From positions 1-55,859 of the IMG/VR virus record IMGVR_UViG_3300045988_036833: a DNA stretch of 55,859 bases. The stretch is one strand, 5' to 3'. The position numbers were made by a program, and so were the translations under genes. Under the pieces are notes generated by a model. The model had not been told where the DNA came from, made no database searches, and saw only the letters and a program-made list of their open reading frames with translations. The stretch comes from a virus. Below are positions 40,453 through 48,023 of the stretch, piece after piece (positions within the stretch are counted from its first letter, which is position 1; each line of letters starts with the position of its first letter).

Positions 40453-40678
40453 CTTTCTTCTCCCATTCTTTGCAGCCACGTTCGTCCCACACGAAGTCTG
40501 CAACGTGTTCTGACTGGTCGTTTACGCACACGTCCTCCGGCTCTGCGTACCATTTGCAAGAGACACAGGACGGCTCAGATTTGTTCTTGCAGGATTCTAC
40601 TGTGCATCGGATAGCCTTGCCAGAAGAAAACTGTTTGATGCCCATGCAAGAGCAATGTTCGGTGGTGCAGTAAATCAT
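40442..40678 (-). CDS. Cys-rich small protein
   Basis: ATG at 40678 after GGAGGAAGCAAGA. ATGA overlap with the upstream stop. Confidence 0.55.
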   Translation of the reverse strand: MIYCTTEHCSCMGIKQFSSGKAIRCTVESCKNKSEPSCVSCKWYAEPEDVCVNDQSEHVADFVWDERGCKEWEKKDEL

Positions 40679-40896
40679 TCTTGCTTCCTCCAACCGATAA
40701 ACTCACACAATCCAATTGTTTGAGAGTCACAACGATGCGTATATTTAACGGTTGGCAAATCGAACCCTGTAAGGTTGTTGCAAACAGTATTCGAACTAAA
40801 AAGTTCGTCAAAGGTATTATCATAGATTTTTGCGCTCTCTGCGTTGTAGATAACCATACCACATTGCTTGCAACGCCAAACGGAACATCTTTTCAT
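40675..40896 (-). CDS. Zn-finger small protein, paralog of 40893..41099
   Basis: ATG at 40896 after GGGAGGCGAAAGA. RCKQCG...HRC...IGLCEFIGW. Confidence 0.6.
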   Translation of the reverse strand: MKRCSVWRCKQCGMVIYNAESAKIYDNTFDELFSSNTVCNNLTGFDLPTVKYTHRCDSQTIGLCEFIGWRKQE

Positions 40897-41099
40897 TCTT
40901 TCGCCTCCCATCCTATCAGCTCACAAACGCCAATGCTGTTATTCTGGCAGTGGTGAATCCAAAAGCTTTCAAATGCAAACAGCATAATGCTTTCTGCTGA
41001 CAAAACGCGCTTAAGTTGTCCAGTTCTAAGCACTTCAATGTCCTTTGCAATGATTTCTTGACCGCACCGCTTGCATCGGTAGATTCTGTAATCCCTCAT
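40893..41099 (-). CDS. Zn-finger small protein, paralog of 40675..40896
   Basis: RCKRCG...HHC...IGVCELIGW. ATGA overlaps on both sides. Confidence 0.6.
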   Translation of the reverse strand: MRDYRIYRCKRCGQEIIAKDIEVLRTGQLKRVLSAESIMLFAFESFWIHHCQNNSIGVCELIGWEAKE

Positions 41100-41299
41100 C
41101 TTCTTTGTCCTCTTTCTCCCCTGTTGAACCGCCCGATCACTCGCTTATACTCTGCATAGCACTCCGGGCACAGGTCGCCTGTGTCCCTACGCCACGCCCA
41201 GTCCTTGAAGTATTCGTCAGAGTTCATCATCCTGCCGCCCAGAACTGCTCCGCAGCGGTCACATACTCGCTTGTGGTAGATTCCTCTGTCAGTTTGCAT
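41096..41299 (-). CDS. Zn-ribbon small protein (67 aa)
   Basis: CDRCG...CPEC motifs. Confidence 0.6.
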   Translation of the reverse strand: MQTDRGIYHKRVCDRCGAVLGGRMMNSDEYFKDWAWRRDTGDLCPECYAEYKRVIGRFNRGERGQRR

Positions 41300-41517
41300 T
41301 AGTCGTCCTCCTCAAAACCCGGCGCCACCCTTGCAATATATTCAGTCTCGGAGCCTTCTGGAAATGCAAGTTTAAGGCTTCCACCAATCGGCTGGTTATG
41401 CAAAGGGTATATGTCGAGACCATTCATTGCGACTTTCGCTGCTTCTTTTTGAGTAGAAGCGTGAACAAGTAAATATCCACGTTCTCTCCATTCAACAGGC
41501 ACTTTGTACAGTCCCAT
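41299..41517 (-). CDS. Hypothetical protein (72 aa)
   Basis: ATG at 41517, 9 nt after GAGGAGG (the tracked ORF starts at 41538). Confidence 0.55.
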   Translation of the reverse strand: MGLYKVPVEWRERGYLLVHASTQKEAAKVAMNGLDIYPLHNQPIGGSLKLAFPEGSETEYIARVAPGFEEDD

Positions 41518-41518
41518 G

Positions 41519-42301
41519 TTAGTCATCCTCCTCAACATCCTTAAACAGGATTTCTTTGTAGGCTTTCCAGTCTTTGATTTTGCACGGAATGTTCGTGCCG
41601 GGCACGGTCTTTTTCAACCTATCCATCTGCCAGACGTTCCATGAGATGATGTCTGCGATACAGTCAAGGAACATAGGCATACAGCCGATTCCCAACCTTT
41701 TAGCATCAAACCGATACCTGAAATTCTCAACCAGCGTTAGGAACAAGTTGCACCGTGCCAGCAAGAGATTGTCTCCCTGCCACTCATAGCCGTATGTCGA
41801 TGCGTAGGCGTTAATTGCCCAGCACATCCACATATCGTAGTCATGGAACTGCTCGGTTAGCACATTTAGCTTCCTATCCAGCAGACCGATTCTGTCAGGA
41901 ACGGCGATCATCTGCCCTGTGGTGGTGTCGTATCGACTTGTGAGAAATGGTGCTTCTCCACATGTGACTTCAAGACAAGTCTTGTTGATGTACTCCTTCC
42001 AGCCCTCGCCTTTTAGGTCGTTTTCTGCAACGTCTGTCATCTTCTTACAAACCCAAGTCGGCGTAAACACCTCTGCTTTTTTGCTGGTGCGCTTCTTCTG
42101 GTCTGCAAGCCGTTTCTGCACACGAGGGCCAAGCTGAACTTTGTCCAACTGTTCCAGTGTGATTTCATCTGCAAAGCCAACGCCCAGTTCAGGCGGCGGG
42201 TCTGTCGCCCAGATGATGTTCTTTCCTGTCGTGTGGTCTTGCAAGAGAACAGGCAGGAACGTGCGTAGGCACGGGTCGGAGAAGTCAATCAATTTTCCCA
42301 T
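41519..42301 (-). CDS. Methyltransferase-like protein (N6-MTase-type N-terminal motifs, no recognisable (D/N)PPY)
   Basis: EVFTPTWVCKKM and CLEVTCGEAPFL resemble motifs X and I of gamma-class N6-adenine MTases. No catalytic tetrapeptide was seen. Confidence 0.45.
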   Translation of the reverse strand: MGKLIDFSDPCLRTFLPVLLQDHTTGKNIIWATDPPPELGVGFADEITLEQLDKVQLGPRVQKRLADQKKRTSKKAEVFTPTWVCKKMTDVAENDLKGEGWKEYINKTCLEVTCGEAPFLTSRYDTTTGQMIAVPDRIGLLDRKLNVLTEQFHDYDMWMCWAINAYASTYGYEWQGDNLLLARCNLFLTLVENFRYRFDAKRLGIGCMPMFLDCIADIISWNVWQMDRLKKTVPGTNIPCKIKDWKAYKEILFKDVEEDD

Positions 42302-42483
42302 TGGTCAGCCCTCACCATGATTTTGTTTTCCTCTTTCAGCCAGTCCTTGACGCAATGAAAGCAATGCTCTCGGTTTTGGCAACGCTCTGGGTCACGATAC
42401 TTGATAAGCTCGCAGATGCCCGGCGTAAAGTTTTCTGTAATATCTTCGTCCGTCATGGAACGGATAAAATCGCCGTTAGTCAT
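42289..42483 (-). CDS. Hypothetical protein (64 aa)
   Basis: Overlaps both neighbours. Contains CQNREHCFHC. Confidence 0.5.
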   Translation of the reverse strand: MTNGDFIRSMTDEDITENFTPGICELIKYRDPERCQNREHCFHCVKDWLKEENKIMVRADQWEN

Positions 42484-43231
42484 CCTCGATCACCTCTTTG
42501 TATTCCACGTCAATCCCTTTCGGTAGCGCCGTCTGGTACTTCTGAGCCAGCTGTTCTGCGCTCTGGGCATCGCCCAACGGTTGTTCAGGCGGTGCAACGG
42601 TAACTTCCACGTTGTCACGCATACCAAAGTAGTTCTTGGCTCGGAAAATCCACTCTGCCGGGTTTTCCTGACCGTACATACCGTTGTACGCCCACATGGA
42701 CTGCATTTGCAGAATCAGCTTCAAGATATATTTCTGCTGCAAGCTGTCGTCACGGCGTTTACCTGTCATAATCTGTCTCAGGCTAGGCCATTCGATGCCC
42801 AGCACCAGTGCAATCCATTCCACCACAGGGGAGATTCTGGCTTCGATGCAAGCGTCAAAGAAGAAATCAAGGCGTTGCTGTACTTCAATGGGGTTGTTCA
42901 TGTCCACGCTCGGAAGGTCACCAAAATACTTTGCCGCAATCATGCCGACAACTTTCTTGTCCTCTTCATTGCCGATTCTTGACTGCAAATCGCCTGTGTT
43001 CATCATCTTCGATTTCTCGATAGCTAACTCTTGCTGTTCTTTCACCTTTTTACTCACCTGTGAACGGATAGATTTCCGTTTGTTAAGCATCTGTTGTTTC
43101 TTCTTTTCACGTTCTTTCTCACGCTTCGCAGCGGCTTCTTCTTTCGCCTTTTGCGCCCGCTTCTCACGCTTTTTCTTTTCAGCTTCGGTCAGCGGCGGTC
43201 TGCCACGACCGCGCTTCGGGGGTGTTGCCAT
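42476..43231 (-). CDS. terS: Terminase small subunit-like protein
   Basis: Basic K/R/E N-terminus. Core RLDFFFDACIE...PVVEWIALVLGI...LRQI and NPAEWIFRAKNYFGMRD match the Terminase_2-type pattern (..PT..GLA..LGI.....IF.LKN.FGW.D). Confidence 0.55.
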   Translation of the reverse strand: MATPPKRGRGRPPLTEAEKKKREKRAQKAKEEAAAKREKEREKKKQQMLNKRKSIRSQVSKKVKEQQELAIEKSKMMNTGDLQSRIGNEEDKKVVGMIAAKYFGDLPSVDMNNPIEVQQRLDFFFDACIEARISPVVEWIALVLGIEWPSLRQIMTGKRRDDSLQQKYILKLILQMQSMWAYNGMYGQENPAEWIFRAKNYFGMRDNVEVTVAPPEQPLGDAQSAEQLAQKYQTALPKGIDVEYKEVIEDD

Positions 43232-43234
43232 GTA

Positions 43235-43426
43235 TCAGACCTCCTTTGGCAGTTTTGGAATCGGCATCCAGAACCTAACCTCTTCATGTCCAACCTCTTC
43301 TATCCACTTACCGTCTCTAAATTCTCTTGTTGAAACGCAATCGTTCAAATCCAAAAACTTATATACAACAAAGTAGATTCCATCTTTTTTTGGTTGCGAA
43401 TCGTTTACGCTAATCCACTCGTTCAT
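43235..43426 (-). CDS. DUF551-like protein
   Basis: NEWISVNDSQP...RFWMPIPKLP signature. Confidence 0.65.
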   Translation of the reverse strand: MNEWISVNDSQPKKDGIYFVVYKFLDLNDCVSTREFRDGKWIEEVGHEEVRFWMPIPKLPKEV

Positions 43427-43430
43427 ACTC

Positions 43431-43598
43431 TCACTTCTTCATCTTCGTTTCGATGTTTCTCAGTTCCCGTGCAATCCACCAGACGGAACAGCAGTTGTCC
43501 AACTATCGCCACCAAGCGCACTTTTCTTTCTCGCATACGCACCGACCAAGCGGATTGCTGGTTAACTTCATCGGGCAGTAAAGTTCGTTGTCCATCAT
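43431..43598 (-). pseudogene. Small Cys-rich ORF interrupted by an in-frame TAG (codon 32 of 55)
   Basis: ATGA-coupled start at 43598. MMDNELYCPMKLTSNPLGRCVCEKEKCAWWR, then TAG at 43505-43503, then LDNCCSVWWIARELRNIETKMKK. The frame ends 5 nt before the next gene. Confidence 0.4.
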
Positions 43599-43777
43599 TT
43601 CCACCCCATCACAACTGCCGTACAAACGGCCAGACACACGTTGACGAACAGCCAGACGAGCATTGCCTGCTGTTTTTCAAATAGGTTGTCTGCCATGTCC
43701 TTGATTGTCCGTTCGGACTGAACTACTACCGCCAGCAGGACTAGGCAGACCAGCCAGCGAGTTGCAAATTCAAACAT
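43595..43777 (-). CDS. Small membrane protein (two TM helices)
   Basis: GAGGGATTAGT RBS. WLVCLVLLAVVV and WLFVNVCLAVCTAVVM. Confidence 0.55.
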   Translation of the reverse strand: MFEFATRWLVCLVLLAVVVQSERTIKDMADNLFEKQQAMLVWLFVNVCLAVCTAVVMGWK

Positions 43778-43778
43778 A

Positions 43779-44033
43779 CTAATCCCTCACTGTTACATCG
43801 CAACTTATGCATCTCATTGTTTCGCCACAAATCGGGCATTTTGGACTTTCTGGATTCTTTTTCATCACTTCCGTTGCGAATCGAGGGTCTGTAATCTGCG
43901 TTTCAGTCCAACACGAATCGCACTTAAACTTTACACTTGTCACGCACCGTTTCTGCGGTCGCATCCAGAAAGCGTCTTGAATTTCCTTTTGTGTCAAAAA
44001 CGCAATCGTTTCTTCATGGTTCAACAATGCCAT
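43779..44033 (-). CDS. Zn-ribbon protein (84 aa)
   Basis: GGAGGATAACA RBS. CDSC...CPICG. Confidence 0.6.
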   Translation of the reverse strand: MALLNHEETIAFLTQKEIQDAFWMRPQKRCVTSVKFKCDSCWTETQITDPRFATEVMKKNPESPKCPICGETMRCISCDVTVRD

Positions 44034-44094
44034 TGTTATCCTCCATCAAATCGTCCATGCTCAACTGACCGCTGATGTTGTCATCTTTCATCCA

Positions 44095-44418
44095 TTAGCT
44101 CCACCTTTCTTTCAGCTCTTTTTCGACCTGCTCCGACTTTGCAGTGATATAATCTGCAAACTCGTCAGGGGTCATGTCCTCTTCTTTGAACTTGCCGACC
44201 ATATCCCAGTATCTGTCACCAATGCGGATAAGCTTCTGCACCTGTTCATCGGTCAGGTCTGCATCGCACCGAAGGTTCTGAATCAGTGCGCCCCATGTGG
44301 CGGCAACGCCATCCAGAGCCATGCGGAAGCCGTACAACTGGTTCTGCCGTGCGATTTTGCGGAGGTTGGCTGACATCGCCTGTTTGCCAGACGATGGGCG
44401 GTTTCCATGCTTATTCAT
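44095..44418 (-). CDS. Hypothetical protein (107 aa)
   Basis: ATG at 44418 overlapping the upstream stop (ATGAATAA). Confidence 0.55.
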   Translation of the reverse strand: MNKHGNRPSSGKQAMSANLRKIARQNQLYGFRMALDGVAATWGALIQNLRCDADLTDEQVQKLIRIGDRYWDMVGKFKEEDMTPDEFADYITAKSEQVEKELKERWS

Positions 44419-44674
44419 CTGGCTGCTCCTTGTCGGTGGAAAGTTCAAACGTGACTTTCAGCGTTTTGCCACCACGGACTTCCCATGCCTTTTGAATTTC
44501 GGTCTTGTTGTTACGCATCATTTCCGTGATAAAATGCCCCATGACCGCCGTAATCGCTTCATCGGTCACATCTGACTTGTTGCGCCACATCTTCAAGCCA
44601 TCTTTTCGAGGCGGTGCCATCGTTCCTGCATAGATGTTTCCAAACATCCCACACCCAACATGATATTCAGCCAT
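44411..44674 (-). CDS. Hypothetical protein (87 aa)
   Basis: ATG at 44674 after AAAGGAGAATAAAA (the tracked ORF starts at 44827). Confidence 0.6.
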   Translation of the reverse strand: MAEYHVGCGMFGNIYAGTMAPPRKDGLKMWRNKSDVTDEAITAVMGHFITEMMRNNKTEIQKAWEVRGGKTLKVTFELSTDKEQPDE

Positions 44675-44996
44675 TTTTATTCTCCTTTGCTTCAAGGCGA
44701 GAGAGCCAGCGTTTGTATTTAGTGGCTTCAATTTCATACTTTGCGTTCCAAAATTCGCATTCGGAATCGAGGTCATCTCCAAACCAAGCATCGCATAAAG
44801 CATCGATTGCGTTACTTGTGTCCGCAAATTCTTCCATCAAATTTCCTTCGCACTCCGCAACACTCTTCGGTGTCGGGTTCGTGCTATCCAGCGCCCGGCG
44901 CAGCTTCAATGCAGCCTGTGCCAGTTCGGATGCTTCTTCTGCCAACTGCGCCAAGATTTCGGTCTTGGGCAGGATGTCTGAAACTTTCTTACTCAC
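44667..44996 (-). CDS. MazG-like nucleotide pyrophosphohydrolase
   Basis: GTG at 44996 after GGAGAG, GTGA overlap with the upstream stop. LAEEASELAQA and LMEEFADTSNAIDAL match the paired EExxE/D helices of MazG-type proteins. Confidence 0.6.
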   Translation of the reverse strand: MSKKVSDILPKTEILAQLAEEASELAQAALKLRRALDSTNPTPKSVAECEGNLMEEFADTSNAIDALCDAWFGDDLDSECEFWNAKYEIEATKYKRWLSRLEAKENKNG

Positions 44997-45178
44997 TTCT
45001 GCTCTCCTTTCAGCCAGTCGTTGAGTGCAGCCATGCAAGAGGGGCAAAGAACGAACGACCTATCTGGCGAACATTCATAGCCGCGTTCTTTGATTTTTAC
45101 TTTTCGGATTCCGTTTGCTTCACCATGCCACGAAAAGCACTCGCCGCATCGGTCGCAAATTGCAACTTCAATTTCCAT
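44993..45178 (-). CDS. Zn-ribbon protein (61 aa)
   Basis: CDRCG...CPSC. Confidence 0.55.
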   Translation of the reverse strand: MEIEVAICDRCGECFSWHGEANGIRKVKIKERGYECSPDRSFVLCPSCMAALNDWLKGEQK

Positions 45179-45182
45179 GTTT

Positions 45183-45683
45183 TCAACCTCCCATTAGCGG
45201 GTCTTCGCATTCCCAACGGTAATCATCAAATCGAATTTCACGGTTGATGGTTGTTTTACCTTCAATGACTTCCATCTCCTGATTTACGCATCCACTGCTT
45301 TCAAATCCATAGAATCTGAAATCCAACCTATACTTTTTAGACATTTCTTCGTATGGCTCAGGCTCCATCGACCATGCAGCCATTACAGGAAGAACAAGAA
45401 TTGCGTTGTCGCCATCAGCAATCTGTTCAGTGCAGAACTTTTCGACGAAGTTCTTCATAGTACCCTCGATGTAAGCGGTGTCTTTCACGTTGATGTAGAA
45501 TGTCTCATCATCGTAAGAAAGCAATGCTCCATCATGGATTTTGTTGTAGACCCACTCTCCATTCGGAAACTTGTTTTTGTCGAAATAGGGGCGGTCATAA
45601 ACAGTCACGCAATCCGTAAACCAGCGCACGATGTTTTCTGGATTCCCACGGACTTTGAGTTTTCCTTCACACCAATTTGGCAT
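45183..45683 (-). CDS. DUF1281/Api92-like protein
   Basis: The N-terminal MPNWCEGKLKVRG signature is typical of that family. Confidence 0.55.
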   Translation of the reverse strand: MPNWCEGKLKVRGNPENIVRWFTDCVTVYDRPYFDKNKFPNGEWVYNKIHDGALLSYDDETFYINVKDTAYIEGTMKNFVEKFCTEQIADGDNAILVLPVMAAWSMEPEPYEEMSKKYRLDFRFYGFESSGCVNQEMEVIEGKTTINREIRFDDYRWECEDPLMGG

Positions 45684-46200
45684 TCTTTTCCTCCAATCTC
45701 TTTAGCAACCCGTCCACGTCATACCGCCAATGGACACGCAGCCTTTTTGCTTTGACCTCTATCCCCTCTTGCTCTGCCCATTGCCAAGGGATGCTCTTGC
45801 GGCTCTCATTGTATCGGAACGCCAGAACCTTGTTGGCAGGGATTGCAAAGGTGCGGCTGACCGCCCGGTAATTGACTATCAAATGGGCGGTCTGACCGCC
45901 GTACCTCATTGCTTCCACCATGTCAGTGATGTGCTTTTCCTTGCGGTATTTGCATTTTGCCTTGTCGTACTTACCGAAAACCTTTTCCAGAGGGATAGAG
46001 GGCGTTTCGATGGTTTTCAGTTCAAACAGGTGGTTCATCGGGTATCGGTACACAAGGAAATCGCAGATGTTGTCGATGGAAAAGGACAGGTTCTCGTTGC
46101 CACCGTAGTAGGTGGCAGCACTGTCTTTCAGGCGGTAGCACCACGCATCCTTTGGCACGGACGCTTTGAAGTCCGCTTCAAACTGCTTGCCGGTGTTCAT
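45667..46200 (-). CDS. RecU-like Holliday junction resolvase
   Basis: ATG at 46200 (MNTGKQFEADF...). GKQFE, DFLVY and LFELKT blocks fit the RecU layout. Confidence 0.65.
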   Translation of the reverse strand: MNTGKQFEADFKASVPKDAWCYRLKDSAATYYGGNENLSFSIDNICDFLVYRYPMNHLFELKTIETPSIPLEKVFGKYDKAKCKYRKEKHITDMVEAMRYGGQTAHLIVNYRAVSRTFAIPANKVLAFRYNESRKSIPWQWAEQEGIEVKAKRLRVHWRYDVDGLLKRLEEKNAKLV

Positions 46201-46883
46201 TCGCAAAAATCCTCGACATAGCACCAGCTTTGAGGCGGGCGGCAAACCGAACATCCGTTAATTTTGCAAGTCGGTGGTATCATATAACTGTCGGACGGTC
46301 CGTAATTTTCGCAACCATAATTTCCGCAAACTCCGGTTCCGTTCATTCCCCAAAAACCAAATCTCGAAAACTCGTCAAGGCTTCTGGGTCTGTCATAAAT
46401 TTTCAAATCTGAAATATGCCAGCCATAGCCATCACTGCCTTTGAGATACTTTTCTGCCTCCGCTTTGGTCATGCAAGCCGCTTGAAGTAATTCATCAGCG
46501 TATTCATACTCCAAATCAGGGGATTCAACGTACAACTCGTAAGATTTTCCACCACTCATTGTTCCAATGTGGGTCATCCGGTCGATTTTATTACAGACGA
46601 ATTCGCCAATAACCATCTGCATAGCACTGTCTATATCATCTGGTACACCAATGCCATCCCATGTGATAAACTTGGTCTTTCCATGATAGATTTCTCCGTC
46701 ATACGATTCTTCGCCGTCTCTAAAAATCGTGATTAGTTTTTTCGGTGCTTTGGTGCAGTAAATGTAACATTTGAAAGGAACTTCTATTTTCGGAGCAGTT
46801 TTGCGAATTTCTACGGTTTTACGCAAGTTTGCTATTTTCTTACACCATTTTGGATTGATGCTAATAAGCACTGCCTTGCTCAT
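46197..46883 (-). CDS. ASCH domain protein with Cys-rich C-terminal extension
   Basis: N-terminal AVLISINPKWCKKIANLRKTVEIRKT is ASCH-type. The C-terminus has several CxxC-like pairs. Confidence 0.7.
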   Translation of the reverse strand: MSKAVLISINPKWCKKIANLRKTVEIRKTAPKIEVPFKCYIYCTKAPKKLITIFRDGEESYDGEIYHGKTKFITWDGIGVPDDIDSAMQMVIGEFVCNKIDRMTHIGTMSGGKSYELYVESPDLEYEYADELLQAACMTKAEAEKYLKGSDGYGWHISDLKIYDRPRSLDEFSRFGFWGMNGTGVCGNYGCENYGPSDSYMIPPTCKINGCSVCRPPQSWCYVEDFCE

Positions 46884-47956
46884 CCTCGTTCACCTCTAAA
46901 TTCACTTCCGAGAAACCGCTTCTTGCCACGTTCCCGGTGCTTGTCCTCGTAATTTCTGCGGTACACGCTCTGGCGGTGGTTCAGCTCATGCACGAACGCC
47001 TTGCGCTCCTCAAAGTCTTTCTTCTCTGCCTTGTACTTCTCGCAGGTGTCGTGACAGGCTTGGTGGCGTGATGTGCAGTTGAGACAACAGGTAATCATTC
47101 TTCGCCGAATCTCCTTTTTGTAACGGCAATGGGAAACTCTTCGATTTCGGAAGCCCATCGTGCCGTACCGTTTCCATAGGTCTTTTGCCAGACAAGTGGG
47201 AAGCCGCCTATGCCATCGAACAGACTGCCCAACATGGCATTTGTACTTAAATAGGGCTTCATCTTCTGTGCAATCCAGAACCACTGCGGTAGAGCAATGC
47301 TGTTTCCGAGTGCCTTGTATGGTTGGACAAGTTCTGCCATCGCCGTTTCCTCTTGCGTCATAGATGGCTTTCTCGATTGCTCGATCACATCCAGAATGGC
47401 TTGCCTGAGAATGTCCGGGAGTGGCTTCCCACGTCTTGATGCTCTCGTCAGGATTCCCTGACAGGCTCGTGCGCTCAAATAGTATTTCTGCGGCACGTTG
47501 TCCTCTAAAATCTGCGACAAGAGCGATTCTCTTTCGGCGTTGGGGCACTCCCCAATATTGATCGTCGAGCTGTCTCCAAGCCAAACTCCATCCGTTTCCG
47601 GCGATTGCTCCGGCTTTGCTCCATCTGCCCCTACCCGAAGGTCGAGGAATTGAAACGTCTGGCTGTTCAATGCGGGCAAGTTCTTCCAGCACGGCTCTGA
47701 AATCTTCTCCTCCGTTGGAACTGAATGCTCCTGGTACGTTTTCCCAAACAGCGAAAGTTGGATACAGTCCATTTGTGCTTGACCTCATTTCTTTTATGAT
47801 TCGAACCGCTTCTATGAATAGCCCGGAGCGTTCTCCGGCAAGTCCAGCCCTGCGTCCAGCAATGGACAAGTCCTGACATGGGCTACCGAACGTGATGCAA
47901 TCCACAGGCTCTATCTTGTCGCCGTGAATCTTTGTGATGTCGCCCAAGTGCTTCAT
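46880..47956 (-). CDS. DNA cytosine-5 methyltransferase catalytic core (motifs IV, VI, VIII); frame stays open to 46880, 3' limit uncertain; a separate 72-aa Cys-rich ORF may start at ATG 47098 in the same frame
   Basis: GSPCQDLS (47887-47864), ENVPG (47743-47729), QRRKR (47542-47528). Motif I is absent from this frame. ATG 47098 forms an ATGA overlap with the stop of 47095..47772. Confidence 0.75.
   Translation of the reverse strand: MKHLGDITKIHGDKIEPVDCITFGSPCQDLSIAGRRAGLAGERSGLFIEAVRIIKEMRSSTNGLYPTFAVWENVPGAFSSNGGEDFRAVLEELARIEQPDVSIPRPSGRGRWSKAGAIAGNGWSLAWRQLDDQYWGVPQRRKRIALVADFRGQRAAEILFERTSLSGNPDESIKTWEATPGHSQASHSGCDRAIEKAIYDARGNGDGRTCPTIQGTRKQHCSTAVVLDCTEDEALFKYKCHVGQSVRWHRRLPTCLAKDLWKRYGTMGFRNRRVSHCRYKKEIRRRMITCCLNCTSRHQACHDTCEKYKAEKKDFEERKAFVHELNHRQSVYRRNYEDKHRERGKKRFLGSEFRGERG
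47095..47772 (-). CDS. Overlapping-frame ORF carrying C5-methyltransferase motif X followed by motifs I and II
   Basis: YKALGNSIALP (47319-47287), then LGSLFDGIGG (FDGIGG at 47220-47203), then WASEIEEFPIAV. Lies entirely inside 46880..47956 in another frame. Confidence 0.65.
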   Translation of the reverse strand: MDCIQLSLFGKTYQEHSVPTEEKISEPCWKNLPALNSQTFQFLDLRVGADGAKPEQSPETDGVWLGDSSTINIGECPNAERESLLSQILEDNVPQKYYLSARACQGILTRASRRGKPLPDILRQAILDVIEQSRKPSMTQEETAMAELVQPYKALGNSIALPQWFWIAQKMKPYLSTNAMLGSLFDGIGGFPLVWQKTYGNGTARWASEIEEFPIAVTKRRFGEE

Positions 47957-48023
47957 ATTTCCAAACGCCCGTCCAGCCAGATAGCACAGCTCTTATATAA
48001 GGTAGGTGGTCAGGGTTTATGTT

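Noticed and set aside
43431-43598. Genome-wide TAG reassignment (alternative genetic code) suggested by the in-frame TAG.
   Set aside because: TAG terminates well-defined genes (rep at 789-791, 4464..4895). No tRNA with a CTA anticodon was seen. The tRNA-like element does not present CTA in its loop.
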